Below, one piece after another: positions 1 through 13,832 of a stretch of DNA of 64,000 nucleotides. A program made the position numbers and the translations under genes. The notes beneath the pieces are model-generated. The model ran no database searches. It had not been told where the DNA came from and was given only the letters and a program-made list of their open reading frames with translations. The DNA is taken from the NCBI GenBank assembly GCA_031835245.2, contig JAVKOQ020000032.1:124001-188000 (forward strand), given 5' to 3'. Within the stretch, counting starts at the first letter, position 1. Every line of letters begins with the position of its first letter. This DNA is from Balamuthia mandrillaris. Taxonomy: Eukaryota.

Positions 1-1011
1 TGGTAGGCATCGTCGGCGCATCGAGAGAGAAAGAGCGAGGTCAGCTCCACAAGAGGAAGAAGAAGCAAGGCGAGCAAAGAAGTGAGGAAAGAAGGCAGAA
101 AGGGAGGCGAAAACGGGTTTCTTCCTTTCTTCTCTCTTCTTTCTTCGTTTATTTGCGGACACATTCCAAATATTCCTATGTCGACAAAATGCTAGTGGAA
201 ACGAAGGTGGGAACGGTTCAAAACGATATGGAATTTGTGTTAGAGCGGATAAGGACACAGATTTTCCGCGTCCGAGTATCGTACCGGTGGAATTCATAAG
301 TGGGCCTTAATTAGGATATCTTCCGTTAAAAAGGCAAATTGAAAGGTAATCACAAACCGTCCCGGAAGTAGACGTTTTCTTCCCTTGGTGAAATCGCTGG
401 ACCAAAGCTGATGTCACCTTCTCCCTGTGACATCTAGCAGGAGGAACCTGACGTCAGCTCTTCGGCCGCTCATTGAAGGGGGGGCGAACACAATCCTTTT
501 TTTTCTGAGGACGGTACACAGCAAATAGAGACCAAAGAAAAATTGTGGTTTTGCTTTGCGCGGAGGAAAAGAGGAGAAGAGAGCAACCAGCCAAGAAGAG
601 GAGAGAAGAGACACACACCAAAAAGCAGAGGGACCGGAGGGGAGAGGCAGAAGTGGGGCGGAAGAAAAAAAAGTGAAGAACAACAAAGCGAGCTTTAACT
701 GACTACGGCTAGAGTACGTTTCGGTGTTTTTTTATTTATTTTCTCTGGGATGATTTTTTTTCCTCCCTTCTCTCTCTCTCAAGTCGCGGACACAACAAAA
801 AAAAAAGAGAGGTGGATTGGTGGTGGTTGCGTGGGGGGAGGAAAGGGAGGGAGCAGAAACTAAGAGATGAAGAACGAAAGATCAGAACGTTGTGGATTCG
901 ATTTTTGGGGGGGTTTTTTGGGGTAACCTAACTGACCGACCACCAAATAATAATAATAATAGAAAGAACGACCGGCGGCAAGCAACAAAGGAGGAAGAGA
1001 GAGAAAAAAAA

Positions 1012-1770
1012 ATGAGCACCACCAGCATGAACCCTGATTTGTACGTAACCATTTTTTTTTTTGAAATCCCCTTTTTCCTGCATTTTGTTTGTTCTCCCCT
1101 TCCTCAGCATTTGGATTCTTTGCTGTTTTTTATTTTTCCCCCTTTCTATTTTTTTTCGTATTCCATGCCTTTTAGCCAGCCGATCGATGCAACAAACAAA
1201 CAAACAAAAACAAGCAGCTCGATCTTGCGCCTTTCTTCTCCTTCTCCTTCTTCTCTTCATCAAACAAACCGAGCTCATCGCCTTCCATCTTTCCTCTTGC
1301 TCCTCCTCCTCCTCTGCGCCTGTGTTCCTGCCCTTCTTGTTCCCTCCTTTCCCCTCCTTTGATGTTCCCTTGGATCGCATCATGCCCTTTTTTCTCACCG
1401 CTCCTTTGTTCCTCTGCCATTCTCCTCTTCTCTCGATTCTCGCGTTCTTCCTCTCCTTCTCGCCTCCATCTCCATAAGCTCTTCTTCTCTAATCTATCTA
1501 TCTTTATTGTGGACTCAACAAACTGTTATTGTGTTTTTTTTTCTCCTCTTTGTTCTGTTCTAATACTGTGCTGCAACCGATACAGTGACTTGGTGTTCAA
1601 AGTATTGTTGATCGGAGACAGTGGCGTTGGAAAGTCCTCCATACTTACACGATTCACGGTACAGTATCCCTCCTTCCTTCTATTTAACTTGCTGTCTCTT
1701 GTCCTTGTTTTCCTTTCTTTCGATCTTTCCTCTCTGCCTTTTTTTGTTTGCATGTTGTCCCTCTCCTCTG

Positions 1771-1805
<35 letters not shown>

Positions 1806-2824
1806 ATTCACCAATCGTTACTCTGACAACAATGTAACAACAACAGGAAGACAAGTTTTTAGAAAATGATGCAGGAACAGTTGGTGTTGACTCGGTACTT
1901 GCTTTCTTTGCTTCTTGGTTCCTTTTTATAACATGTTCTTATCACCTATTTCTATTTTTCCTGTCTCCAATGAACAGAAAACTAAGACGTTGGAGGTTGA
2001 TGACAAAAGGGTTAAACTGAACATATGGGTATTTACTTGTTCTTTCTCTTTTTCCTCCCGTCTCATCTCTCAGCTCCATTTCATCCATTCCCTCCTTTCT
2101 TCCCTGCTTTCATTTCCTCTCTCGTTCTCTCTTGCCCATTCCTCTTTCCTTCTTCTCTTCTTTCCTTAATTTAATTTAATCCAAAACTAACACAGCTCAA
2201 AAAAACTTATAAACTTCAAAAATGTGTAGGACACGGCGGGACAGGAGCGAATGGGATTTCTGACAAGTAGTTACTACAGAGGGGCACACGGCATCATCAT
2301 TGTTTTTGACATCACAAACGAGGAGAGTTATCGCAACGTGGCCAACTGGTTGGGAGAGATTGAGCGTTACGCCTTTGACTCTGCCCTCAAGATCCTCATC
2401 GGCAACAAGAGCGATCTTGCGGGAGAGCGACAAGTTCAGGCCAGCACTGCCACGGTACTTTTTCTCTTGCGTTTTTTTTTATTTTATTTCTTCTCCATTT
2501 CGTTTTTTGTGTCTTTTCTTTTTCAAAATATGTTTTATGAATATGTTATCTCACTTCTTCTCCTCTCTCTCATGTCTCTCTCTCTCGTGTTTCTCTCAAA
2601 CTCCAAAGGAATATGCAGAGAACGAATTGAGTACAGAATACTTTGAGGCATCCGCCAAAACAGGAGACAACATCAGCGAAGCCTTTTTACGCCTAACCCA
2701 AATGATGAAGAAACGAAAGGAGCCACAGCAAGGACAACACACCAACCCCAAGCCCGGCGGCAACACGTTAAACCTTGGCGGCACCGAGCCTCAACCAGCA
2801 AGAAGGAGACGTTGTCAGGTTTAA
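1012..2824 (+). CDS. Rab-family small GTPase, Rab1-like but divergent (6 exons)
   Basis: Predicted GT-AG exons 1012-1040, 1586-1658, 1847-1894, 1978-2028, 2230-2454 and 2609-2824 give MSTTSMNPDFDLVFKVLLIGDSGVGKSS...WDTAGQER...TSSYYRGAHG...GNKSD...EASAK...RRRRCQV. All G1-G5 boxes are present. Confidence 0.93.
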
Positions 2825-3076
2825 AAAAAAAACCAGACCAACGAACAAACCCGACAAAAGAAAAAAAGCTACCCAGTTTTTTTTTTGTTTGGGTACGTCG
2901 TCTTTCTTGTGTGTGTGCTTTTTTTTGTTTTTTTTCAGAACAAACATTGTTTTTTTATTCTTTTTAAAAAAATCTTTTTCTTGAATAATGGGACAAACAG
3001 GTTATTTTTTGTTCTCTTCACCGTTTTGTTCTCTTCTCTTCATGGTTCTCTTCTCTTCGTCGTTCTCTTCGTCGTT

Positions 3077-3113
<37 letters not shown>

Positions 3114-3165
3114 TTAGTGAAAAAATAAAGGTTTTGCGTTTCCTCGTAAAGTTGGCAAATTTTAT

Positions 3166-6100
3166 TTATTTTCGTTCGTTGTTGAGCTGTTGCTGCTGCT
3201 GCTGTTGGCTTGGAGCGGATGTTTTATTTTGTGCGGTTGCTTTTGTGCTTCCTGCGTTATTGTGATGTGCGGACTTGAGCGAGAGTGGGGGTTGATAAAC
3301 GTGATGATGCTGTTGATGTTGATGCAGCAAGTCAGGATTGCCCAACATTATCGCAGCGGCAACCGCAGCGGCAGCCGAGCTCGATTGAATGGGAGAAGCC
3401 AATAATGACGACAATGAAGATGAAGATAAAGAAGAAGAGGACGAAGAAGAAGAAGAAGAAGAAGATGAATTGCTGTTTGTGGAAGTGGTGGAAGAAAGCG
3501 AAGGAGAAGAAGCAGATGATGAAGACGAAGGAACAACCGCGTTAGAAAAATGAATGGTGGAGGCAGGAGAAAGAGAAGCAGAGGAGGAAGAAGTGGAAGA
3601 ATAAGGGCTCGGGGCAAAGTAAAATCCTCTGCCGCCGCTAAGACTGGCAGCGGACATGGTAGAGGAAGTCGCTCCGCTGTTCTGAAGGTGCTGTTGTTGA
3701 GATTGTTGTTGCGGAGGATGAACATGATGGAAAGTAAAAGTGTTGCTAGATCCACTCGTCGTTGTTGAGGTTGTCGTTATTGGCGTGTTATTGTTTGTTT
3801 GTGCTGATAATGAAGATAAAGAAGAGGAAGAGGAAGAAGATTGTTGCTGTGAAGAATAGTGGAGAGCGTGCTGATGTACAGCAGTTGTGGTGGAGGATGG
3901 CAAAGGAGGAAAGGCGGAAGATGAAGTTATGTAAGGATGGAGCGGAGGGTATGCTTGGCGAAAATCTGTCGTTGTTGTTGTTGTTGGTGCAGTTGAGGAA
4001 GAGGATGAAGAAGTAGCGGAATCAACCCAAGAAGAAGTGGCTGAATGACGAAAGTTGTCTTCCAGTGCAGAAGAGGTTGTGGTATCTCCCCACGAAGAAG
4101 CAGACGAAGCAGAAGAAGAAATAGAGGAAGAGGACATAGAAGAAGACGAAGTAGAGATGGAAGGAGAAGGATTCCATCGTCCGCTTCCCAGAATTTTGGA
4201 GAGGTCTCCACCAGCAGCAACTACAGCGGCGGCTGCGGCGGCTGCGGAGGAGAACAACAAAGAGGAGGATGAAAATCCTCCGCCGAGGGAAGAGGAAGGA
4301 GCCAAAAGCGGACCTCCCCCTCTGCTCCCAATTATGGAAGAGGAAGCAGAAAGAGGAGAAGAGGAAGAAGATAAAGTAGTAGGACCAGGATTGAAGCCAC
4401 CGCCTTCTGTCCACATAAAGTTTGTGATAGGTCGTGTCTGTTGCTGTTCAAAAGAGGAGGAAGAAGCAGTCGTCCATCCGTGAATGTCCCCTCCTCTACC
4501 CCCACCTTGATGGGTCAGCATAGAAGGATGATGATGATAAAACTCTGAAGGAGTTTTAGCATAGTGTTGATTGTGGTCTCCTCCTTTTCTGTCTTTATCT
4601 CCTCCAACAATAGAAGAAGATGAAGATGAACCTGCCGCCAGTTGCAGCGCCTTCTTGGCCTGTTTCTCTAAAAATTTTTTCACCTGTGGCACTGAGTAGA
4701 AACGTCTGCCAGTGGGGCTGGTGTAGACTTTGACGTGCTTGATGATGGTCTTGTCTTTGCCAGTCTCTCGGAGAATGGTTGTGGTCTCCCATCCTTCCGG
4801 CAGCTCGAAATGACGCTGCCACTTCCATTTGCGTCGTCGTTTCTTCGAGTTGTTGCCGCTATTTCTATTATTGGCGTTGGTATTATTGCCGGTCTCATCG
4901 TCGTCGTCATCGTCATCATCATCATCTTCGTCTTCGTCGTCATCTGCCTTTGCTCTTTTCTTGCGAGAACGATGATTACGATCGTCGTCGTCATGTTCGT
5001 GTTCATCGTCGTCATCCTCCTCGTCTGTGCCCCCTCCACTCTTGCTCTTACTTCCAGACGAAGCAGGTTCAGGCAAGCCCAAATACTTTCTGACTTGTGG
5101 TTTGGAATAAAATTTTTTGCCGTTAGGACTGATGTAGACCTTGTAGGAGGCCTTCGTGGAGGAAGTCCTGGTCTCCACAGTCCAACCCTCGGGTATCGGA
5201 AACGACTCGCTCTTGCGACCTCTTCGCTTTCTACCGGTGGTAGGACTAACTGCACCACCTGCTTCCGCTCCGCCTTCACTGCTGTGGCTTACGTCGAATC
5301 CCATCATCGAATGGTGATGCGGTTGCTGTTGTAGTATGATTCGTTCGTTGACAAATTTTGTTGGTGTGGTCGTGGAGGATGAAGATGGGGAAGAAGAAGG
5401 AGGAGAGGAGAGATGGGAAGAATGAGAAGAAGTGAGGTGATGGAGGTTAGAGACCGCTTGAAAGGCTTTCGGATTCATGGCCGATGGGGCCACTGTTCCA
5501 GCTGGCATCGGCGGTTGATGCGAGATTGGTGATGTGGTCGTTGGATAGGAATAAGGAGGAGGGGGAGTTATCATCGCGGCCCAAGGGCTATGTCCTTCTT
5601 GCAACACGCTTACCGTCTCTTCTTCCACGTCCTCGTATTGTGGTTGTTGCCCTCCTCTGAAGTGTTCATCTTGCTGATGATTAGCTCCTCCAATAACAAA
5701 TCTCGAAATAACAGTAGAAGAAGTTGAAGACCCAGAAGATGAAGAAGACGGGCTCCATGGATCCGCATCCAAGTTGGAATTGTTCGCGTTCTTCTCCTTC
5801 TCATCTAGCAAGAAAGACATGACCTGCGGAATGGAATAGAACTTCTTGCCATCAGGATTTACGTAAACCTTCATCATGGCCTGCGACTGCCCCGCCTCCG
5901 CCTTTTGCTTACTCTTGGGCCGAACCTCAGTTTTCCAACCTGGAGGCAACTGAAAACCTCTGTTCCATCGCCACTTGGCAATCTTTTTCTCTCGCTCCAG
6001 CTCCCGAGCAGCCTTTTGTTCGCGGAGAACCCTGGCGAGAACTTCTTCCTCATTTTCGCCGTCTCCGCTATGTTCGTGCATGTGTTCATGTTCTAACGTG

Positions 6101-8977
6101 GATGAAGTGGAACGAAGCGATTTGTTGTTTTTTGGCTGTTTAAGGAAGCTTTGCAAGTCAAATGGTTTGTTAACAATGTCCATGTCGCTGTCGTAGCCAT
6201 CACTTGCTCCTCCTCCACCCATTTCTCCCCCTTCTGATAATATCGACAAAGCAGATGGAGAATGCTGATCAAAAGAAATCTTTCTCTGTCTTCCTCTTTT
6301 TCGTTGAGATGAAGGAGCAGATGAAGAGGAGGAGGAAGTTGCATCATCCCCCCCAGCACTGCCTTTGGAGAGGAAAGTCAATACTTGTGGCACGGAATAG
6401 AATTTTCGACCGTGAGGATCGACGTATATCTTCATCATTTGTGGCTTTCCATCTTCCAACATTTTGTTTTTGGGCTTGTAGTCGATGCGCCATCCCTCCG
6501 GTGGAACCCAATTCGTGTGTCTCTGTCGTTTTTTCCTCCTTGTCATTGTTGAGGTTGATGGTTGAGCATTGGTGTTGTGGGTGGCAGTGTTAAAACTGTT
6601 ATTGGAAGAGCTTCCTCCTTCACGGTTTGGACGTTTATCATCTCCGTCACTGTCGCTTATAACTTCTTCCTCGTCACCGTCTTCATCTTCCTCATCGTCT
6701 TCGTCTCCATCCTCATCGCTATCACTAACCACAAATTCGTGCTCGCCAGCAAGGTCAAGTTGATGTTGTTCTTCCTCTTCCATCACGTTTACCACACTCT
6801 CTTCTCCGCGAAGAAACGCTTTGACTTGCGGAATAGAGTAAAGCTTTCTGCCATTTGGACTCGTAAAAACTTTGCTGCGTTGAGTGCAAGATACTCCGTT
6901 CTTACACACTTCGCGAATCCGATTCTCCACCGTCCATCCTTCCGGCAACACAAAGTCACTTGATCTTTTCAAACTGCTCCTTTTCTGATGCCGAAGATGA
7001 ATATTGTTGGTGTTGTCGTTGAGGTGGTTCGTTATGGGGGATGTAACTGACTCAAAAGAAGAAGGGTTGTTGGATCTCTCAAGAGAATGAGAATGAGAAT
7101 TTTGGTGAGGAAGGTGCCCCATCATTGACGTCATTAACCTGTTTCTATCATCATCTTGGTATTTGTTTTCTTCTTCCTCTTCTTCTTCTTCCGCTTTGAG
7201 CTTTCTTTTCTTCTCGTTCAGATACTTTCGGGCGGCGACCAATCCTGGAAGCTCGTATCCTTCCGGGGAGACACACAAGAACGTGCCATTGGACTGTTGT
7301 TTCACGTGCCATCCATCCGGTAGCTTTGCTTGCATTTTGTTGACTCTTTTCCGTTCTCTCTTTTCTTTTCTAACTCCTCCCTTTCGTTGCTTTGTTGATG
7401 CCGAGGTTGAGGACGTTGAAGTTATCTGCGGTGTGTGTTTCTCTTTTCGTTTCTGTTGATGTTTTCGTTGATGCTTTCGCTTTTTGGTTCGTTTGGAAGT
7501 CTTCTTTTCTTTGTGGCGACCACGTTGTTGTTCTTCTCCCTTATGCAACGATAGTTGCTTCTCTCCTCGAGTTGCTTGCTGTGTTGTAACACAATCGTTC
7601 TCCAACCGGAGCACGTAGCTGATGGCTTCTGGCTTTAAATATAATTTACAACCATTTGGGGCTATATACACTGTTTCGCTGTGTTGTTTTGTTTTAGTTT
7701 TCTGGAAAATGACGAGAATGATAAGTATACATACAGAAGAGGCGCAACATTATGCCGAAGGTCGCCCAAAGCAGAGTCTTGTTGCTTTTCTCTCGTGAAA
7801 ATTGTCCCCCATGATGCTAGCACTCTTCTTCCTTCTCCTTCTTCTCCCGCCAAAAATTGTACCAACTGCTCATCTTTCTCATTCGCAACTTCCTCCAAGT
7901 ATTCCATCATCTGTACATCGTTCTGAGAGTTGTGACGGCGGTGCCATTGTAGATGCAGAGGAGAAGAAAAAGAATGATGCCGCCGAAAGGAGAGACTATC
8001 TTCTTGGCTGTTATTGCTCCTCTCTGCTGTGTTGCAGAGAAGAAACAAATCTCTGACCAGTTTGAATCTATGCCGATCTTCTTCGTTCCAGTGATGAAGA
8101 TGGTGCTCCCCCAAAAGAAAACGAGACTTCGCCATTTGAATGAGCAGATAGCCTTGCAGCAGGCTCTTCTGACGAGTGATAACATCGCACCATTCGCTCT
8201 GCATTTGCTCTTTTAGTCCTGAGAGAACCTCGATCATGCCTTGAAAAAATTCATTCCGTTTTTGTTGATCGTTTGAGTTGTTGTTTGCGCTGAGTATTTG
8301 TTTGATCAGCGTTTTGGCTGAAACAAACTCGGGTAAAGTTTTGTTCCAAAAGCTGGAGTCTTTCAAGTCCACTTCTTCCTTTTTATCGCTGCCAGTAGAA
8401 AAACAAGAAGATGGAAAAGAAAACGAAGAAGAATTTGTGGATCGTTGTAGGATAGAGTCTATGTCCTCGTTCAGCATGTTCTCCTCCAACTCCTTTTCTT
8501 GGTGTGGGTCGGTGTGAAATAACGAGTATGCGCCGTACTTGAGGAACCGCTCCATATCCTCTTGGGAAAAACAGGGCTCCTTGTTGCTTTCTTTTTGGTC
8601 GCTCCTCTTTTCGTTCAACTTCCGGTAAGCCGCTTCCAGCATGTAGCTCTCAAATGTATTCCGCGTTACCAGTCTGAAGTACAAAAGTCAACAAACATTT
8701 AAAAAAAAAAACAACGAACACAAGCAGAAAAAGGAGAAAGCAAACAAAGAAAAAGAAAGAAGCTGACCGATAGACTTTAACGTTTTCTGTTTGTGAATCT
8801 CGACAACAGGCAAGTGTTTGCAGGTCATTGTGAGGGTTCCAACTGCTGTCAAAGAGGAGTACCGCATTAGTGGCAGCAAGATTGAGGCCAAATACATTCG
8901 ATTTTGTTGTGCGTAGCAATAAGACAAATACATCTAAGCAAAAGCAGGGCAATATAAGTATAAACAGATAGATATGC

Positions 8978-9020
<43 letters not shown>

Positions 9021-12000
9021 AGGCAGGCGAAATAGACACTAACCTTCGTCGGGATTGGCAAACCGGTCGATCCGATTCTGTCGTTCTATTTGACCAACTG
9101 TGTTATCATCGATGCGCTCAAAGGGAATTTTTTTGTAAGATAGGTAGTCCTCCAATATGTCCAGCATGTTAAGCATTTTACTACAGACTAGGACTTTATG
9201 CCGTTTTTCACGCATTTGTTGTAACAGTTTATCTGTTGAGAGAACAAGAGAAAGGAGTGCTGGTGAGCAAAGAGAAGGAAGAAAAAAAAAGAGAAACAAA
9301 CCCAAAAATATAAGTTTGGAAGAGGCTTGAATGAGAGTATTGTTCACAAAATCGGGGTCCATCATTGAGATTTCATCCAATGTAAGGCGTCTTTTCCTCT
9401 CGCTCCGTTCCGTCTTTCCTACTTCCGATTCTATTTTGGTTTCTAGTTCTGCTTGTTGTGGTTGTTCTCCTTTCGTTTCTATGTCTACTCCTTCCATCGA
9501 TGCAAAGACTACATCCATGCTTGCTCCAGTGGCGGCGGCGGCAATGCTTGCTTCATCGAGGCCAGCAGCCACCATGCTACTGATAAACAAATCGTTACTC
9601 TCTTCCATTGTTGTTCCTGATTTTCCATCATTTTTTCCTTCTGCTCCTTCTGCCGGCCGCTTGTCCTTTCCACCTTTCTTCTCCTCTTTTATTTCTGTGT
9701 TGGAATGCCAAAGTGCGCGCCCCAAAACACATTCCTCCGCTCCTGAAAAGAGATACGGATGATTGCAACACTTCCGTAGTTCCTTCAGGACGTTGATGAG
9801 ATAGAAGGAGTAATTAGGCGTCGTTATTGGTCCTGCTTGTAAGAGAAACTCTCTGTTCTTCTCTAATACTGCGCGATAATAAGCTTTTTGACTTTGGGTG
9901 AGTTCCACTTGAATTATGATCTCTTCTCCTTCTGCTTCGTTAGAGATAATGTTGGGAACCGTCTTATCCATGTTTTTGTCTCCTTCTTCTCCTTCCCGTT
10001 TACTTATTCGCCGCAACAAAAACGGAGCTAATGCTTGATGAAGTTTGTGGGTTTGTTGTGTGAATTCGAGGTGTCCAAACCCTTCCGTGAACATCTCAGC
10101 AGAATACTTTTCAGGTTCCAAAAAATGAAGCAACGCCCTTTTCAAGAATAGTTAAAGTGAAGGAATAAAGTGAGAATAAGAAAGGAGAGCACAGAAACAA
10201 AGCAACGTACCAAAGCTCATCGATGTGGTTTTGCAGAGGAGAATTGCGAAGAATAAGACGGTGATTACTTCGAAACAGATCCAATTTCTCAAAGCAACCT
10301 CTAAAAAATGGCTGATGTTCCTCCTCAGTCAACACCAAATACTCCCATTGAATGCTTGATAGGAATGCACTTTCCACCATAATCATTTCACCGGAGGTCA
10401 CCAAAACATTAAACTTATTGAAAAAGATTAGCAGAGAAAACAGAAAACAGAAAATACAAAAGAATGTACAATTAGGTACCTTTGGAGCAAGCAGTGGTTG
10501 TTGTCCAAGGTAAGACGAGGAGGCAGGATAATACCATTCGTACTCCTTGATAACTTGTCTCGCGTAAGCTGAGCCGTGGAATAAGACGCAGTTAAGGTCA
10601 GTACAAGCCTCTATCTCACATTTCCATTGCTCCATTGCGCCCTGCGTGGAAGTTATCACCAAAAATGGTCCTCTCCGATTCTGTTCTGTCAGCCACTAAA
10701 ATAATAATTAACGCAAAAACAAAAAAATAAAAAATGAGCAATAGTTTCAGGAGGAACATGAAAAAAACAGCAGGAACATAAAATCACAGTAAAAGGTTGT
10801 AACACAAACCTGAAGCATAGCAATTACTTGAATAGCTTTACCGCTCATTTCATCTGCAATCAAACAGTTGGTATTATTGCACCAACAATAAACGAGCCAT
10901 TTGATACAATCTTTGTCCATCAATTCTTTGCAACCTGTGAATTAAACAACGGTTGCAATGTTATAAGAAACAACAAATGAAAACGAGAATGCGATAACGA
11001 AAGGAAACAAAAACAATAAAGAGTTTCAGTAGCAGCGTACCTTTCAACGAAGGGAGCTCTATCGCGTCGTCAGACGAAGATAGGCGCAATCTTTCTTTGG
11101 GGTAAAAATTTTCTACAAACAAAGAAAGGTTACAAACCTCACTTTGAGAATTGAAACGAGAGAGAAAGAGAGCAAAAAGCTTACCCGGAGGTTTCTGGCG
11201 CTCCTCAAAGAGCATTACTTTGTCATGCCATTTGGATAGGATCACATCCTCGGCCTCCCAAGTACATTCATCATACCCTAATGACTTCCACTTAACAAGA
11301 TACTCGCGCCGCCGTTCCATCAGCCGTTCGTTCATTTCATCGAGTTTCATGTTTGTTTGATGATCCAGTTGTTGATTTCTCCTGTTCTCTTCGTCTTCTT
11401 GTTCTACAAACCGACTTGCAATAATTCTATCAACGCAGATATAGTCTGGATTGAAGGTTTGTAGTTCTCGCTTTTGCTCTTCTTCTTCCTGCCCTATAAT
11501 CGCCCACAAGTTCAAAATTTGTTCCGATTCTCCTCGCTCGTCTTCATCATTTTTGTTGTGATTGTTGTGGTTGTTGCTGTATGTTGAGCCAATTCTTTGA
11601 ACTTGTTCCAAGTCACCCACGCAAGGCATGTACAACGGGTCCTCGAGCAGCTCTTCTAGTGGTAAACCCCTTCGCTCTCTGAAGAAGCGGCCTAGCCGCT
11701 GCCTCTCGCCAGACATACGAGCCACTGTGGACTCGGGTACCCATTCCAAGTGCAAGTAGGACCTTCCTTTGTACTATTTTATAATTTTGTGATCCAAGGG
11801 TTGAAAAGAGAGAAAAAACGGGTTGGTGAAAAAAGTGAAAGCAAACAAACGAAAACAAGGCGCAAACGTACTTTCACCAACAGTTCAAACTCCTCCTCCT
11901 CTTTATCGGTGGATGAGTGCAATTCAGAGAGATGGCCATACTCATCGTAGTACTTTCTCGCTTTGCGATACGCCAAAAACGTGTCGATAAACGTCTCTCC

Positions 12001-12645
12001 CTCACTAAACGTATCAACCTCTTCTTTATGACCATCGTCTCCGTTCTCTTCTTCTTCGCAGTCTTCTTCCTCGTCCGCACGAACACCATCGTTTGCAACT
12101 TCCTCGTGTATGTCCTCTCTTCTTACATGATGCAAATGTACTGCCCCTGCATGAGCGAGAAACGAGCTTCCTGATTCCTCCACCTCATCTTCCTCCTCAT
12201 CGCTTAGCATCGTCATGCCACCATAGTTCACCACTTTGTGATGCTTGGGCGGCTGCATCAACGTCGGCATTGTTGTCATTCGAGAAGGAGAAGGGGCGGG
12301 CGAGAGTGAGGCAGAAGGTGAGTGCGAAGGAGAGGGAACACACCCTCCTCCTCTGTGCGTGTCGTCATTGTGCATAAAGGGAAAGTCCTCCTCCGTGAGA
12401 GGAGGAATGCAGGGCGGACCACCGCTGCCTGCTCCTCCTCCGCCTCCTCCACCACCACTTTCGCCACCTCCTCTCACCACAGTCTCACCGCTTTCGAGCA
12501 CCTCGGAGGAAAAGGGATCCATGGAAGGGATGTCGGGTGGCACTGGGTCCACATCACCTACAAGAGCTGCAAAGATGAGATCAGACAGAGTTGGGAGGGG
12601 TCTTCTTCTTTCAAGAAGAAGAACAAGAAGCAGCGTTACCCTCAT
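3166..12645 (-). CDS. CHD-family (CHD6-9-like) chromatin remodeller: double chromodomain, degenerate SNF2 ATPase, C-terminal array of MBD-like domains; multi-exon
   Basis: Chromodomains LLVKYKGRSYLHLEWV and FNPDYICVDRII...YLVKWKSLGYDECTWE. SNF2 motifs include ADEMSGKA, SPLQNHIDELW, LRKCCNHPYL, MLDILEDYL, GLNLAATNAVLLFDSSWNPHNDLQ and LKYGAY...EDIDSILQRS. A predicted ~55-nt GT-AG intron (about 7680-7734) joins this to the 1501-aa ORF. The start codon and that junction are inferred. Confidence 0.85.
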
Positions 12646-13832
12646 CTAGGCCCGCTGTGTAGTTGCTGCTCATCTTCTTCTCGTCGTTTTTGTTTTATTT
12701 TGCGGCCACAAAAAAGAAGAGAAGCGAAGCGATGCAAAACTGTCTAAATAATCATGTAGTGTGTGTGTGAAGAAACATCAAAGTCGTTAACGATAAGAAC
12801 AAGGACGTGTGGCGCAGCAAACCTCATCTTTAAATGCTTCCTTCTCCACTCACAACCACACACAATTTCACAAAAAAAAATAAAGTTTAAAACTTAATCT
12901 TTGAAGTTAAATAAATAAATAAATTTAACTTTTTGTTTAACGTCAATTTTTTTTTAAATAAGATTGAAAGGAAGAAACGAGCGTACCGTGCCCTCTAAAC
13001 CACGATAGTGTTTTTTTTTTTAAAAAAAAAACGGCCACCCACTCGAAGGAACGATTTCGTTCACAACAAGGAGGACGATCCGATCCGCCGCGAATCAAAA
13101 AAAAAAATCCAATCCCAATCCCAATCCCAATCAAAAAAAAGCGTTCTTCCTTCTGGCTACACTTTTTTTTTGTTGTTCAAAACCCAAGTTAAAACTTTTC
13201 CTTTTTGTAGAATTAAAGTTTAACTTTCTGTCCACAAAAATCCCCCGTTTGATTTACGATTGGTGGCGGAAAAAACTATATGAGGGTTCATGATAACTGG
13301 GAATTTTCGGTGGATTATCGATCATCTTGGATGAATCTTTGCCATCACCAACGAATGAGCAATCAAAGGATAGGATTTAAGGTGGGGAAGGCAAAGAAGA
13401 GAGAAAGAGAGCAAAAAATGACGAATGCTGCGTAACACTGGTGGCAAGGAAGATTGGGTTGCCGTAGGTTTGTAGCGCGATAGCGGAGGTGTGTGTTCTC
13501 CCCCTGTTTTTTTTTAAAAATAACAACAACAAAACAAAGTGCTACTTTCCCCACTTGCTACCCTTCATTGCGGGATCAGATTTTTTTTTTTAGGCGGGGG
13601 GGCGTGCGGGTGTCCATTCCATTCTTCCTTTTCATTCATCCCTTTTTTCGCTCGAAAGTCACCACCAGAGCTCACCGAAGAAGAAACGCAAGAAGAACGA
13701 CGAAGAAGAAGAGGGAAGAGCACAAGTTCCGCTTGGTGTGAAGAAAAACAAACGAACAAGACAACAAATTAATAATAATACTCTTAATAAGAGCGGGAAG
13801 GCCGTCGCTCTCGTGTTACACAGCGCGCAGCG

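Noticed and set aside
1..890. Short ORFs near the window start
   Set aside because: Low-complexity sequence with no recognisable product or splice chain.
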